In this document: piece by piece, positions 25,840 through 38,539 of the stretch
How positions within the stretch are numbered: position 1 is the stretch's first letter
Layout: each line of letters opens with the position of its first letter
NCBI RefSeq assembly: GCF_006345805.1
Contig: NC_042997.1
Location: 118,048,001 to 118,112,000 of the forward strand
Origin: Octopus sinensis
Lineage: Eukaryota
Length of the DNA stretch: 64,000 nt
Reading direction: 5' to 3'
Notes under the pieces: model-generated
What the model was told of the DNA's origin: nothing
Seen by the model: only the letters and a program-made list of their open reading frames with translations
The model's database searches: none
Program-made: the position numbers and the translations under genes

Positions 25840-27332
25840 TTAAGCAGTCAAGTTAAGCAGTTGGAGGAAACAAGAAAAACTGGCAAAAAAATTACTAACT
25901 TTGAAAAGTCTGTTAAAAAGCGAAGAATAATGCCAAATGTGGAACATGAGTTGACTGAACTAACTAGAATCCCCAGAAAATCCAGCATCACTGGAAGGTA
26001 TAATGCATTAGCAAAAGTTAAAGAATCCAGATATGCAAGAAATCAGCTAATTGCTCAGGAACTATAAATATCTATGGGAAAATTTGATTTTCCGTGTATA
26101 ACATTAAAGTCTATTGTAAAAAAAAACCCAAAAGTAAATACTCTGTTGACAGGTTACGCTACCCATTTGAAACGTCTGAACCCAGACCAAAGTTTTGAAG
26201 ATTTGTTTAACATTACTAATCAACATGGCAGCTGGTTATCTAAAGAAAACAAAGACTTTTACAGTACACAAAATTCAAAGTGGCGGTATAGTGGCTACAC
26301 CACGTCTCGGTTAGCTATGGTTCATCCTTCAAACCGAACACCTTCGTCAAGAGTGTCAGCTTCAACTTCACAAGCGTTTCTCCCATATGCTGAAGCAGGT
26401 AAAGTAACGTGCCTAAAAAATTCTCAAATATTACACAGTGTTTTTTTTTTGTACGCATTGATGTCACTAATATGTGCACAACTTCTTGCAGATACATCAT
26501 CATCATCATCATCATCATCGTCATCGTCATCATCGTCATCGTCATCATCATCATCATCATCATAAGAAAACCCTCCTGATTCTGCGAATGAAATCACATT
26601 ACCAATAGACGAACAAGTTGGCATCGCTAAACATCACTCAACTCAGAAGCAATGTACTTGCTGAAAAAAAAATAAATAAAAGAATTTAAGCAGCCATAAA
26701 GTAGCCAACGTCTGCAAACGGTTGAGAGAAGAAGGAACCCTTCTCCCGACACTGTTACCATCAGGAGTGTGCAAAGCTGCTATGAGAGAGGCTGCGAAGA
26801 TGAAGCAGGAACTAAAAGAAACTATGAAAAATGACCATATTGATGGAAAGGTTATGAAAAGTAAAGGAAGACAAGTTGTAATGAAAAATAATACAAGAGA
26901 AGTTAGATTAGCAGCACTAACGCTGAAGAATGGCAGAGCAGATACCATTTTTCAAGGACTAAAGTAAGTTTCAGATGATTACGAATTGTGGCCAGCAATC
27001 AAAATAATTATAAAAGACACATGCAGTGTAAATACAGGAAAGCATAATGGAGTGGTCATTCAACTGCAGAACGAATTTATAAAGCATGGATATATATATA
27101 TATATATAATCATATCAAAGGGAAATGGAAATTAATTAAAATTTACATTTCCAGTGGTCTAACGTGTAAAAAATTTAGTCAAAAAAGACTATATATTAGT
27201 CATACGATATAGTGTATATTTAAACACATAAGGAATCCACTTATAGGAATTCAACACGCTAGCTGTTCTTTCTAGCGTGTTGAATTCCTATAAGTGGATT
27301 CCTTATGTGTTTAAATATACACTATATCATAT

Positions 27333-27393
<61 letters not shown>

Positions 27394-27485
27394 TTAAATT
27401 AGGGAAGGTATTTCCGAGTCCACAGGGGAGAGTAATTCAATTTAGTGGTACTAAAATGAATTTCCCGCTGTATTATATACATATA

Positions 27486-27550
<65 letters not shown>

Positions 27551-28230
27551 CATATATATAGGTTTAAGAGACATTGAACGACATTATCTATGATAGAGAT
27601 ATATAAATTTAAATTTTATCAAAATTAATATCTACAATTACTATTCTGAATCCTATATTAAATTATATAGACTATGCACGTTTCTTGACAATATATCTAT
27701 TGGTATTGTTGAAATAGAAGGTCTCGAAATTCAATACCAAATCTATCCGACTATACTGCCAATCTCCAGGTCTGGATTATATAAAACTATTGGTTGCCAA
27801 CATCATGTGTTAGACCGCCTCCTAAAACATGTGATGGATAATACACTGAAAGGAAAACTGCATCACCAAATATATTATATCCGTTCATAGACAATTTAAT
27901 TAAAAAGAAATCTACTAGCATTTGGTGGTAGAATGGAAACAATGCGAAGCAAAACTTCAAATGGATGATAATCCAGGTTGAAGAGATGACCGTAAATTTT
28001 TTATTTGAACTTGGTCATGCTCTCCGATTTTATCAGCAACAAAGCATTTTCCCAGAAATTAAGTTTAGAAAACTTTCTAGACTTAGCAATGCACGTTGGA
28101 ATTCAAGAGCAATCTTGGCCATCCGCACATACATGCTTCTACCACAAAGTAGAGAAAAACTCAACGACGTAAAAATTATAAGGGTAGAATATTTGGAAAA
28201 CATTTTCATAGCAGTGGTTAGCATGCATAA
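25840..28230 (+). pseudogene. Degenerate hAT-superfamily (hATm-like) transposase
   Basis: HIDGK, RLAALTL, KDTCSVNTGKHNG (DTTASNTG-like), GCQHHVLD (CxxH), FLFELGHAL, SNARWNSRAI; interrupted at about 27090-27781. Confidence 0.7.
27198..27336. repeat. Near-perfect palindrome, 65-bp arms, 9-nt loop
   Basis: Arms 27198-27262 and 27272-27336; one mismatch seen. Confidence 0.95.
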
Positions 28231-29524
28231 AAGTCAATAGTCAATATATTTTCATATATTTAACGGCGGTGCATCAGCATGGCCACACCTCTGAGCTGAA
28301 ACTTTAATTTAAAAAAAATGTAAGACTGTATAAGGATTTATAACCAGTGTGGTAACTCTTGACAGAATGCCTTACATGCTAGAAATGGCAGCCAAACCCA
28401 AACCACAAGTTTTTGTATTCTGTCTGTCTCTGTCTCTGTCCGTCTCTCTCTCTCTCTCTCCCTCTCTTTTTCTGTCTCTGTCTGTCTGCCTCTCTCTCCT
28501 GAACAAGTACTGCAAAAATAGAGTTGGGATCTGATATACTTGTGCATTTCAAGGGAAATAACTTTTATTACAAACATTGAGTAACCTCCCTTGAAAACCT
28601 TCAAGTTATTTTAAGAATAATTGTTGGCATAATCGATAGAACGTCTGGTATGATGCCAGGCGGAATTTCTTCCATCTTTACGTTCTGAGTTCAAATTCCG
28701 CCGCGGCTGACTGTGCCTTTTATCCTTTCGGGGTTGATGAAATAAATGCCAGTTGAGTACAGGTGGTCGCTATTATCAATTAGGTCCCACCCGCCAAATT
28801 TCAGACTTTGTAGGAAGGATTATTAAGCTGGAGTGTGGAACATAAATTAACATAAATTAGCATAAATTACCAGGAAATTTTGCACAAAAGCAAGATCAAG
28901 GTTTCGATTTCCGGACCAGGCAGTGCGGTAAGTTCTTGGGCAAGACACTTAGTTTCACGTTGCCCCAGTCCACCCAGCTGTAAATAAATAACTCTGCAAC
29001 GGACTGGCACAGTGGAGTGTTGCGATCTTAGCTACTTATGGGCCATGTAAACAGAGTAACGGCTGTTATTTCTAGGACTTTAGGAAATTCGAATCATAGA
29101 CCAGGGCTAGTCTCAAGCAGGATGGTATTAAAAGGGTTAAAATTGGATGAGGATTATCTATTTAAACTGATAATTGTAGATTTACGTAGAAGCTTATAGT
29201 GTTTTGTGGTACATTTTGTAATGTCAATGAAGTGAATACATCCTCCGTCGATTTCGATGATGAGTATTGCTGGTGTTCAATTAATTGAACTACCAACTTT
29301 TCGGCCTAGCTTGAACTGGAATAAGAAAATTGTGCGAATTTGCTTTTAGTCCATGCTGTCGGAAAAAAATGGCCTAATTATTCAAACAGAAAATGAGTAA
29401 TACGATTAGATAGAGCGAAAAACAGGATTTAAAATGATACATAAAGTCAAAGTAACTTAACGAAAATTAATTTGAAAATACATCATTTAAAACCAAAAAT
29501 TAAAAATTCCGCAAGAACTTTTTT

Positions 29525-29928
29525 ATTTCTTTATTGTCCACACGGGGCTAAACATAGAAGGGACAAAGAAGGCCAGACAAACGGATTAAGTCGATTACAT
29601 CGACTTCAGTGCGTAACTGGTGCTTAATTTATCGACCCCGAAAGGATGAAAGGCAAAGTCGATCTCGGCGGAATTTGAACTCATAACGTAAAGACAGACG
29701 AAATACATATTTCTTTACTACCCACAAGGGGCTAAACATAGAGAGGACAAACAAGGACAGACAAAGCGAGATTAAGTCGATTATATTGACCCTAGTGCGT
29801 AACTGGTACTTATTTAATCGACCCCGAAAGGATGAACGGCAAAGTCGACCTCAGCAGCATTTGAACTCAGAACTTTAACGGCAGACGAAATACACCCGGC
29901 ATGCTAACGTTTCTGCCAGCTCGCCGCC
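29525..29928 (-). mobile_element. SINE-B tandem dimer (tail 2 + tail 2)
   Basis: Junction on minus strand AAAGAAATA|TGTATTTCGTCTG at about 29707. Confidence 0.88.
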
Positions 29929-30996
29929 TTATAACCTGATTAAATATTAGATAACTCTAATTGTTGAAGTTGTATGGCTTTTTGTTTGATTTCTTTTCTT
30001 TTTTTTTTTGTAGCCCAAGGTCACTCAATTATTGCTTAACGACATGGTTCTAACCACAGATCAGCTGCCTAATTCCTATTTAGTGAGAAATCCTACAGTA
30101 CGCTTTTATCCTTGTTCCTGTACCAATTTTCCTCATCTATTCCTAGCACTTCTTTCTGGTATCTCAAAGCTTTATCTTTTACTTTTTGTTTCAGACTGCG
30201 ACCATGCTGGGGCACAGCCTTGAAGAATTTTTAGTCGAATGAAAGGATCCCAGTACATGTGTGTTTGTCTCGGTCTGTGTGTGTGTTTGTCTGCGTGTGT
30301 GTGTGTCTTTGTGTGTGTGTATGGTTTTAACTCTGTATAAGTTGGATCTATTTTAATATAAATATCTATATATTTATACTTAAATGTTCATCGTCTGAAA
30401 GTCTCCACTTTTCGCTTTCTCACGTTTTGCATGTATACGTACCCAAGCTGTTATATTTAATACATCTAATTTGTTTATCCGCATAATTGCTTCCATATCT
30501 GCTCAACTTGATCCCTCTTATAGCTGTTGATAAACGAAATATACGTACATGTCACAATAACATCCTTATAGTATGCGTCATCATACACTGTTCGCTTTCC
30601 AGACATTTGTACATTACTGCATATACTTTATACGCACTTTTGACAAGTTGTGGTGCACCTGAGCACTGTATACAATAATTTCATTATTATTATAGTATCT
30701 ATTTACATCTACGTAGTTTTTTTTTGTATACCCGGATGCGTTGCATGGATTGAATTTTCTTCTAATGATGTCGATTTAAGAGACTTTGTGAAATGGGCTG
30801 TTGAAAATTAAGTATCTATGGCCTAGACGCATCAGAAGGTAATTGCTGGATATAAAAGCAATAATATGAAGATTTTCTTAGTATCTTTCGCTGAATGGCC
30901 ACGTTTTTGTTTTAATGTTAATCTCCACGATATTTCTAGATGATCTGTTGCATCTTCTTGTGAACGAGGGTATGAAACTACACTGTGCAGATATTC

Positions 30997-31427
30997 TTTT
31001 CTGTTCTAAACACAAGGCCCGAAGTTTTTTGGGAGGGGCCCAGTCGATTAGATCGACCCCCAGTACGCAACTGGTACTTAATTTATCGACCCCGAAAGGA
31101 TGAAAGGCAAAGTCGACCTCGGCAGAATTTGAACCCAGAACGTAAAGACAGACGAAATACTGCTAAGCATTTCGACCGGCGTACTACCTTTTCTTATTTC
31201 TTTATTGCCCACAAGGGGCTACACACAAAGAGGACAAGGAAGGACAGACAAAGGGATTAAATCAATTACATCGACACCAGTGCGTAACTGGTACTTAATT
31301 TATCTACCCCGAAAGGATGAAAGGCAAAGTCGACCTCGGCGGAATTTGAACTCAGAACGTAGCGGCAGACGAAATACCGCTAAGCATTTCGCCCGGCGTG
31401 CTAACGTTTCTGCCAACTCGCTGCTTT
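30997..31427 (-). mobile_element. SINE-B dimer (tail 2 unit + tail 1 unit)
   Basis: Flanked by a 17-bp TSD ACACTGTGCAGATATTC (30980-30996, 31428-31444). Confidence 0.92.
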
Positions 31428-31617
31428 ACACTGTGCAGATATTCAAGTAACAATGATTTGCTACTCCAATATTATATTCACTCGTTCATTTCACTCTTCT
31501 ATACGAACCTATACCAATAACTGCATTAGACTGATGAACTTACCGCTGCAAAAACAATCGCTGTTTATTCTATCCAGCAATGATACCAGTTAATAAATTC
31601 AACTGTACTTACCTTAT

Positions 31618-31884
31618 AATTGCAGCGTGGAAGGTGTTTATAAGCCATTTAAGAAACACACAAAAACCGTTAGATTCACTTCAACATTTAAATTTAACTT
31701 GCCAAAATATTTTCGTCGCTTTGAGACTGCGACCTGTTCACTGACAAAACTTCGTGCTCAGTGAACAGGTCGCGGTCTCAAAGCGACGAAAATATTTTGA
31801 CAAATTAAATTTAAATGTTGAAGTCAATCTAACGGTTTTTGTGTGTTTCTTAAATGACTTTTAAACACCTTCCACGCTGCAATT
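31618..31884. repeat. Fold-back palindrome, 127-bp arms, 13-nt loop, each arm carrying a hammerhead-like motif
   Basis: Arms 31618-31744 and 31758-31884, a handful of mismatches. Confidence 0.95.
31758..31800 (+). ncRNA. Hammerhead-like motif with G3:C8 core (GUGAACA)
   Basis: TCA-GTGAACA-G-GTCGC(9 nt)GCGAC-GAAA-ATAT-TT-TGA; mirror copy on the minus strand at 31699-31746. Confidence 0.5.
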
Positions 31885-32914
31885 GTTTTCGTTCCAACAC
31901 ACGATCTCAGATCAAGTCACTCGCTATGCAAGGACATCTCCGTAATACCTTATAATGTTATTTGTAATTAAGCTGACAGCATCATTTAAGAGTTAATTGT
32001 GCTGGTAAAAGGAAGAAAAGGGTGGAGACTGTATTAGCTGTCAACCAGTAGGTACAACTGTCGTTTATTTAGTTCACCTACTGTCTTATCAAACAGTTAA
32101 GGGTGGCATTAACTTACGTAGCTAAACAATCTGATAAAATCATAGCAAGCTTATTCAGGCAATAAGACTCAGGACGCCACGATTAGCTGTTATTGTTATT
32201 GTTGTGAAGACTCGGTTAACCATGATGGAGAAGAACTATAAGAGGTGGGTAGTGATTTAAATGATTAGATACAACTCGCTGAACTAGTGCTAGAGATGAT
32301 ATACCGCACTTCTATCGAGTTAAGGACCACATTGCGCAGATCAAAATACAGTGGTCAAATATGTAGGCCGCAATATCTCAGACCAAGCATATTGAAATCT
32401 ATCCACTCCTGTATTCCTGTACACATGTTGTTGTTTTTTTTTTCATATCGCCAAGTCAGCTTTGATTAATGAGATTTTAATAAGAAAAATTCCAACAGTG
32501 GCCATCTTGTATCTATGAACAGAACATCTATCACATTAATCAACGTTTTTTCATCTTTAATATGATAAGTTTTATCTGAGGCATATTTCGTGGCTATATT
32601 CAGCAGTTCGTTTATTTCCGTGTAGAGACTCCCATGTCATTTTGAACATGCATGCACGCTTGCAGATTCTTATGGGAGCCACAGTGGTAACCAGAATGCT
32701 GAACTGTTGGGAGCAATTAACTCTCCTCAGCGCTTATTATTGATGTATATCCTAGTAAGATATTTAGATATGATTAGATCATTTAAGCAAATGCTATTTA
32801 TTTCTAAATGTCGTTTTGATATATGTCTGGGCAGGGAGGCGGGCCGAGCGAATTTAGAAAATTGCAACAGACTGTTCTGTGCTGTTGTAACAACAGTGGT
32901 TGGTTGCGTTAGAT

Positions 32915-33224
32915 CATCGGTTCTCAAAGCAGGCACTACAGTCCCCTCGGTGGGTGTTGAGACGGTCCAGGTGGGTGTTGTTGCCTAAGGGGGCGGTTGA
33001 GAAAAAAGGAGGCATTGGAAGAGAGGCAGTGGGTTGAGGGCCGCTATGAATCAATTATGATATTATTATACTATTGTATACAAATTACATAATGTTATAT
33101 TAAATATCAAACGATTCGTAGTAAAATATTAAATATTTATTGATACATAAAAATAGGGGTAGGGGCGCTTAGGTATTATGAGGCCATGAAGGGGGCAGTG
33201 GCTCAAAAAGTTTGAGAACCTCTG
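32915..33224. mobile_element. hAT-type MITE
   Basis: Imperfect TIRs CATCGGTTCTCAAA / TTTGAGAACCTCTG; TSD decayed. Confidence 0.65.
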
Positions 33225-33289
33225 CATTACAGCTTGTTGTCAAACACATTCGCTCGACCAGATGATCATTTGCATTGGTATCTTTAATT

Positions 33290-33480
33290 TTTTTCAGTCA
33301 TTAGATTGCGGCCATGCTGGGGCACCACCTTGAGGAATTCTAGTCGAATGAATCGACCCCAGTATTTCTTATTTTGTGTTAAGCCTGGTACCTGCTGTAT
33401 TGACTGAACCGCTAAGTTACTGGGACATAAACACACCAACACCGCTTGTCAGGCTGTGGTAGGGAACAAATACAGACACA
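33290..33480 (-). mobile_element. SINE-A 3' half (head remnant at about 33800-33865)
   Basis: GCGGCCATGCTGGGGCACC...CCGCTAAGTTAC; the HHR element sits in its internal microsatellite region. Confidence 0.7.
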
Positions 33481-33556
33481 CACGCGTGTGTATAATCATA
33501 TATATATGTCCTTTACTTTCTCTTATCAGTACAATTAACTGATATATATATCAAAA

Positions 33557-33758
33557 TGTGACCTCGTGTGTACCGTTGGCGATTTTTTTATCCTCTGTCT
33601 TCCCTTCTCTGGATCTTTCCTTCTCCTATGTTTCCGACGAAGAGCTCCGCTCGAAACGTTAAACCCTCCTTTTCCCCTTCTTTCCTGAGCGTCCAATAAT
33701 ACTATATTTGTTCCACGTCCTCGCGTTGTTGTGTTTTTTTTTGTTTTCTTGTTTGGAT

Positions 33759-33762
<4 letters not shown>
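33557..33762 (+). mobile_element. About 205-bp Penelope-type element with hammerhead motif (33631-33663, CCGACGA core)
   Basis: TTT-CCGACGA-A-GAGC(TCC)GCTC-GAAA-CG-TT-AAA; TGTGACC...TTTGGATTAAC boundaries shared with 45723-45926. Confidence 0.72.
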
Positions 33763-33800
<38 letters not shown>

Positions 33801-34139
33801 CGACGGGCTTCTTTCAGTTTCCATTTACTAGTCTACCAAATCCACTGACAAAGCTTTGGCCGGCAATAATTTTTGCTTTCTTGTGTATGAAGTACACATC
33901 CTGGCCTGGCTACATCGTGTAAGGACAAGAAGTTCCTTATTTTGGATCCTTTGTTATTGCTAGTGTTGTTCAAAGCCTCACCAATTAATCCACATCTAGC
34001 AGATAAGGATTAATTGCTGAGGCAAGTGAAACTATCTCGTTCGTCTTTTTCGTATACCTGAGAGTACACTGTTCAATATACCGTTTCTTGGGCAAATTTG
34101 GCTGCTATATCTAGCTGATTGATTCTTCATGTAAACGCT

Positions 34140-34305
34140 CACCCATTGGCTCAAATTCTTACTGATTGGTGTATCGTTCTTGCGTCGGTTGTAGAGGATC
34201 ATCGTCCGTGGAGATGATCACTGTCATCATCAAAGAGAATTGCACGACACAGTGTGTACAACTATGTTTGTGTCGCTCTGCCGGAAGTAGTTAAAGCTGT
34301 GTAGC
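34140..34305. promoter_or_regulatory. Possible promoter-like motif cluster
   Basis: ATTGG (reverse CCAAT) at 34145 and 34165, ETS-type CCGGAAGT at 34281, TTGCGCAA nearby, in non-repeat sequence. Motif presence only. Confidence 0.2.
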
Positions 34306-35479
34306 TTGTCAGACTTGCGCAATTTATTTGGTTGAGAGAAAGGGACATAATTTTTGCTCTGCAAACCTCTTGCTTATACAAGGAGTGTATAGCTTTGCTC
34401 TATTCGAAAGAAAGAGATCCTTTCTAGATATGGGTATACTACATACATGGAGGTCTTGTGCAGGGATCTCTCACGTATCAGAAAACTTAAGAGTGGTTTT
34501 CAGCACCCCCAGTCACTCAAACCGTAAATATGCACGCCTAACTGCAAAAGGCAACCGAAATGAAATTATATGAAATTTATTTTATTATTTTCATATCTGG
34601 TTTTATATAAGAATACGGTTCAGACTTCGGAGTAGAAATGTCACTGATGTTATATATTTTAATCATATGATCAACTGTCAAGAGAAAGTCTGAAAGTTTT
34701 AAATTGGATGGAACAAAAATGATCAGAAGAAGAAGAAGGAAGAAACAGAGACGAGAAAGAGGACGGGTGTAAAAAGTACAAAAAAAAAAAGATCAACTTT
34801 AGGATGAATAATATGTTACAATAATGATTGTGGTGATGAACAGTAAAACAATATTTATTGATTTCATGAATTTGAGTGATAAATAGAGCCTGTAGTTTGA
34901 TCTTTTGTGATGAGAAATAGCCATTGATGAGTTATTGCGACTCTTGATCTGTGCAAATAAATATCGGGCACCGAAATCTGTTTGTGAAATGACACAGTGT
35001 ACAATGAAAGGAAGTGAGAAAATGTAGAATAAGGTGAAGCGAGACGGTGCAGGATAAAATGAAGGGAGACAAGAATAAGCCATGGGATTTTAAAGTTGAA
35101 AAATGTGCATCTTCTACGCATCTTGCCCTCTGCCACTTGCAAGACTCCACTCTTTGGTCCGGAACATCTTCATTGAGAGTGCGAACTATTCTAATGACAT
35201 TGCTTCAAAATATAATGGACTTTTGATTTTGAAATTGCTCTCTCAAAGACTCTCTAGTTGTACTTACATTCAAAAAGTGAACGTGTGTGTGTGTGTGTGT
35301 CTATGTAGTACAATATCATCATGTTACAATATCTTACTATGAATGTCACAAACAGTAAACAACATAAAATACGAAAACAAATGATTTGAATACGCAAACA
35401 ACGAGAAAAAACAAATGGAAAAGAGGACAAGTAACGTAAAGAACGACCCTTCATATAATATATATAATTATATATACAA

Positions 35480-35532
<53 letters not shown>

Positions 35533-35586
35533 CATATATATAACATATATATATAATATATATAGTATATATAATTATATTTATAT

Positions 35587-35626
<40 letters not shown>

Positions 35627-36342
35627 AACATACATGAGTATACGTGTATATACATATATGTGTGTGTGTGTGTGTGTGCGTGTGTATGTCTGTGTGTGTG
35701 TGTGTGTGTGTGCAAACATAGTCTGTAACATTTCCGCATTCATAGTAAGATATTGAAACATGATGATATTGTACTTCATACACACACACACACACACACG
35801 TTCACATTATCATAGTACCACACAAACATTTAATTAGGAAAGATAAAACCTGTACACATACATATACTCGCGCACAAGCACGCACACACACACACATACA
35901 CACACACGCGTATACTTACATATCTAAAACACTAAAACCACACACAATAACCACACGACATTTGTACATGTATTCAATCATCGTGACTATATTCTGTCGA
36001 TGAGATTCTGTCTAAATCTAGTGACCTTTTAATTGATGATATAACCTTTGACCTATGACCCTTCTTCATTTAACACGGCTTTGACTTCGAGGGAAATAGT
36101 TTAATAAAGATACTTAGCTTTCATTAGCTATAGCTTTGCGTGTCTTTAAAATATCTGCCGGGAACCAGGCAATTTCGTGCGATACGAACACCGCAGGGAT
36201 TCTACTAACCATTTCCTTAATTTCCTTTGTAATATAACGGAATCATTCCAAGTTCACATTTTGCTCTTCTTATGAAATGCGTTGACACAGTATGTCTCAC
36301 ACTGAGAAATACACGAACCATACATATGAGTGTGTGCATATA

Positions 36343-37300
36343 CTGGCTGGCTAAAAAGTCCGTTCGCTTTTGTCGATGCTAAACTTCAAACATTCTAATA
36401 AGTAGCTAGCTTCAGTCAGTCTCTTGTTATGGAAGTTGACACATCGACGTAGTTCGATGCAATTTGCAATGAGACAAATTGTATTTTTTGTGCTTGGAAT
36501 CACCTTGAAAATGGGGAACCAAAACAAACTTTATCGACACCTCATGCTTTTGTATTTTAGAAAAAGCAAGAAAGCAGCGAAAATCTGAAGAAAGATATGG
36601 GCTGTATACGGAAAAGATGTTATTACGGAACAATTGTGTCAGAAATGGTTTTGATGGGGAAATTTTTCGGTTCAAGATGCACATCTCTTTAATCGGTCAA
36701 ACGAAATTAACAGCGACACCAATCCCTGTCATACGACCAGAATAATTCTAGATATTCCTCAAATATCCAGTCGAGTATTAAAAATCATCTGCATCAACTT
36801 GGTTACACCAACGTTCTCAATGTTTGGGTCACGCATCAATTGGATGAGGCTAACCATGCTCAACAGATTTCCATCGGTGATTCGTTTTAGAAATGTGAAG
36901 AAAACATCCGTTTTTTTAAGAGAATGCTAACAACTGACAAAAAATGGATCGTCTATAACAGTGGGAAGCGCAAACAATCATGTGAGATGCATGACTAACC
37001 AAACCACTACAAACAGCCTCAAAAGCAGGACTTCACCTGATGGAGGTTGTGCTTTCAATTTGTAAGGATGAGAAGGGTGTTGTCCTTTACAAGGTTTTTC
37101 TCACGGGCAGATCTATCAATTCGGATGTGTACTGTGGCCAGGAGGATAAATTAAACGCAGCGATTCACCAGAAGCTTCCAGCATTTGCTAATCTTAAGAG
37201 CATTGTCTTTCAGTACGACAATGTCAAACCACACATTTCTCTGTAGATGCGGCAAAAGTTACTGGGGATTGGCTGGGAAGTTTTTTTAGCAACCCCTATA
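36343..37300 (+). mobile_element. Decayed mariner, 3' end lost
   Basis: TA|CTGGCTGGCTAAAAAGTCCG start; MGNQNKLYRHLMLLYFRK...LCQKWF, VWVTHQL, TTDKKWIVY, FQYDNVKPH. Confidence 0.85.
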
Positions 37301-37344
37301 TCCATGTACTGTCCTACAATCGTTTAGGCCCACTATACTGTACC

Positions 37345-38270
37345 ATCCGAGTATGAAATTTATAGTAGTTCACATTTAAATCTTATATATACCCCTTCAG
37401 AAAGACCACGTGTGTAGAGGAGAACTGTGTAGTGTGCAAATATAGCCCTGGTGTCAACTGCAAAACCAGAAATATAGTTTACCGAATAAACTGCATGGAT
37501 GGTGATTGTAAAAACCATAAGACTGCATACATAGGTGAAACAGCAAGAAGTTTGGTCGAGCGTATAAATGCACATTGGAGAGAGTACAGAGATCAAAGAC
37601 AAGCCTCGATACTCTACCAGTATGTCAAAGAACAACATGGTGGTGTACTGAGTCGGATTAGCATAGAAATCCTGTTTAGACACCCGGACGACGCATCGCT
37701 ACGACAGGCACGAGAGTCAGTCTTCATAAACGAAAGACGACCTATTTTGATTAGTAAATACTCTCAATAGGCAAAAGCCTTACAAAGACCCATGGACGCA
37801 CACGCACATACACACATACACACACACACACAAACGGACATTGGCACACATACACACACACACACATGCAAAGACAAACATGGACACAGACATGACCTCA
37901 CGTCCACACGGATACACACACATACCCATACGCACATACATGGATACATGCATACAGAAGTACACACGTACACACAAATACACAGGAACTCACACACATA
38001 CGAACGCACGCACATACACACAAAAACACACACACAGACACACATATACAGGCATACATACACTCACATACTCATCTCAGACAGATCTTGGACAAATCTC
38101 AACGCTGGAACATAGGTTCAAAAGAAATGGAAGTAGAGAGACGTGTCACTGAAGAGATCGCAACAATGCGAAGAAATAATTATTTGACCAAAAAAGAAAA
38201 AAAAAAGAAATAACAACACGAACAATAACAATAAAGGACCGAAAACCAGTGCGTGTGTTTATTAATACCA
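37345..38270 (+). mobile_element. Penelope-like element 3' end: Cys-rich linker + GIY-YIG endonuclease + terminal repeat with hammerhead motif
   Basis: TCVEENCVVCKYSPGVNCKTRNIVYRINC...AYIGETARSLVERINAH...RQARESVFINERRPIL (37381-37770); HHR-like motif at 38145-38188. Confidence 0.88.
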
Positions 38271-38539
38271 GCATAATGCCCCTCCCATGGTTCAATAGTG
38301 TACCATATATAATATATATATAAGTTATAATTAATGTTTAGATTAGAAATTTAAAGCTTAGCATCCAAACTGTACTGTGGGTGAGATTTTACAATCTAAT
38401 GTGAGTCTCTAATCGAGGCTTGTGGTAGATAAATGGAAAAAAACCCAAAAAATCAAAGTCATAGCTATTGCAATACCTGGAGAAGCACGCATAAGTGACA
38501 AAGAAAACTATTTTCGGGTGGAGGTGCTTATCTCCTCTG

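Noticed and set aside
30735-30990. Protein-looking frames on both strands (IPGCVAWIEF..., EISWRLTLKQKR...)
   Set aside because: In-frame stops, no splice boundaries, and the resemblance to ligand-gated channel segments lacks the diagnostic residues.
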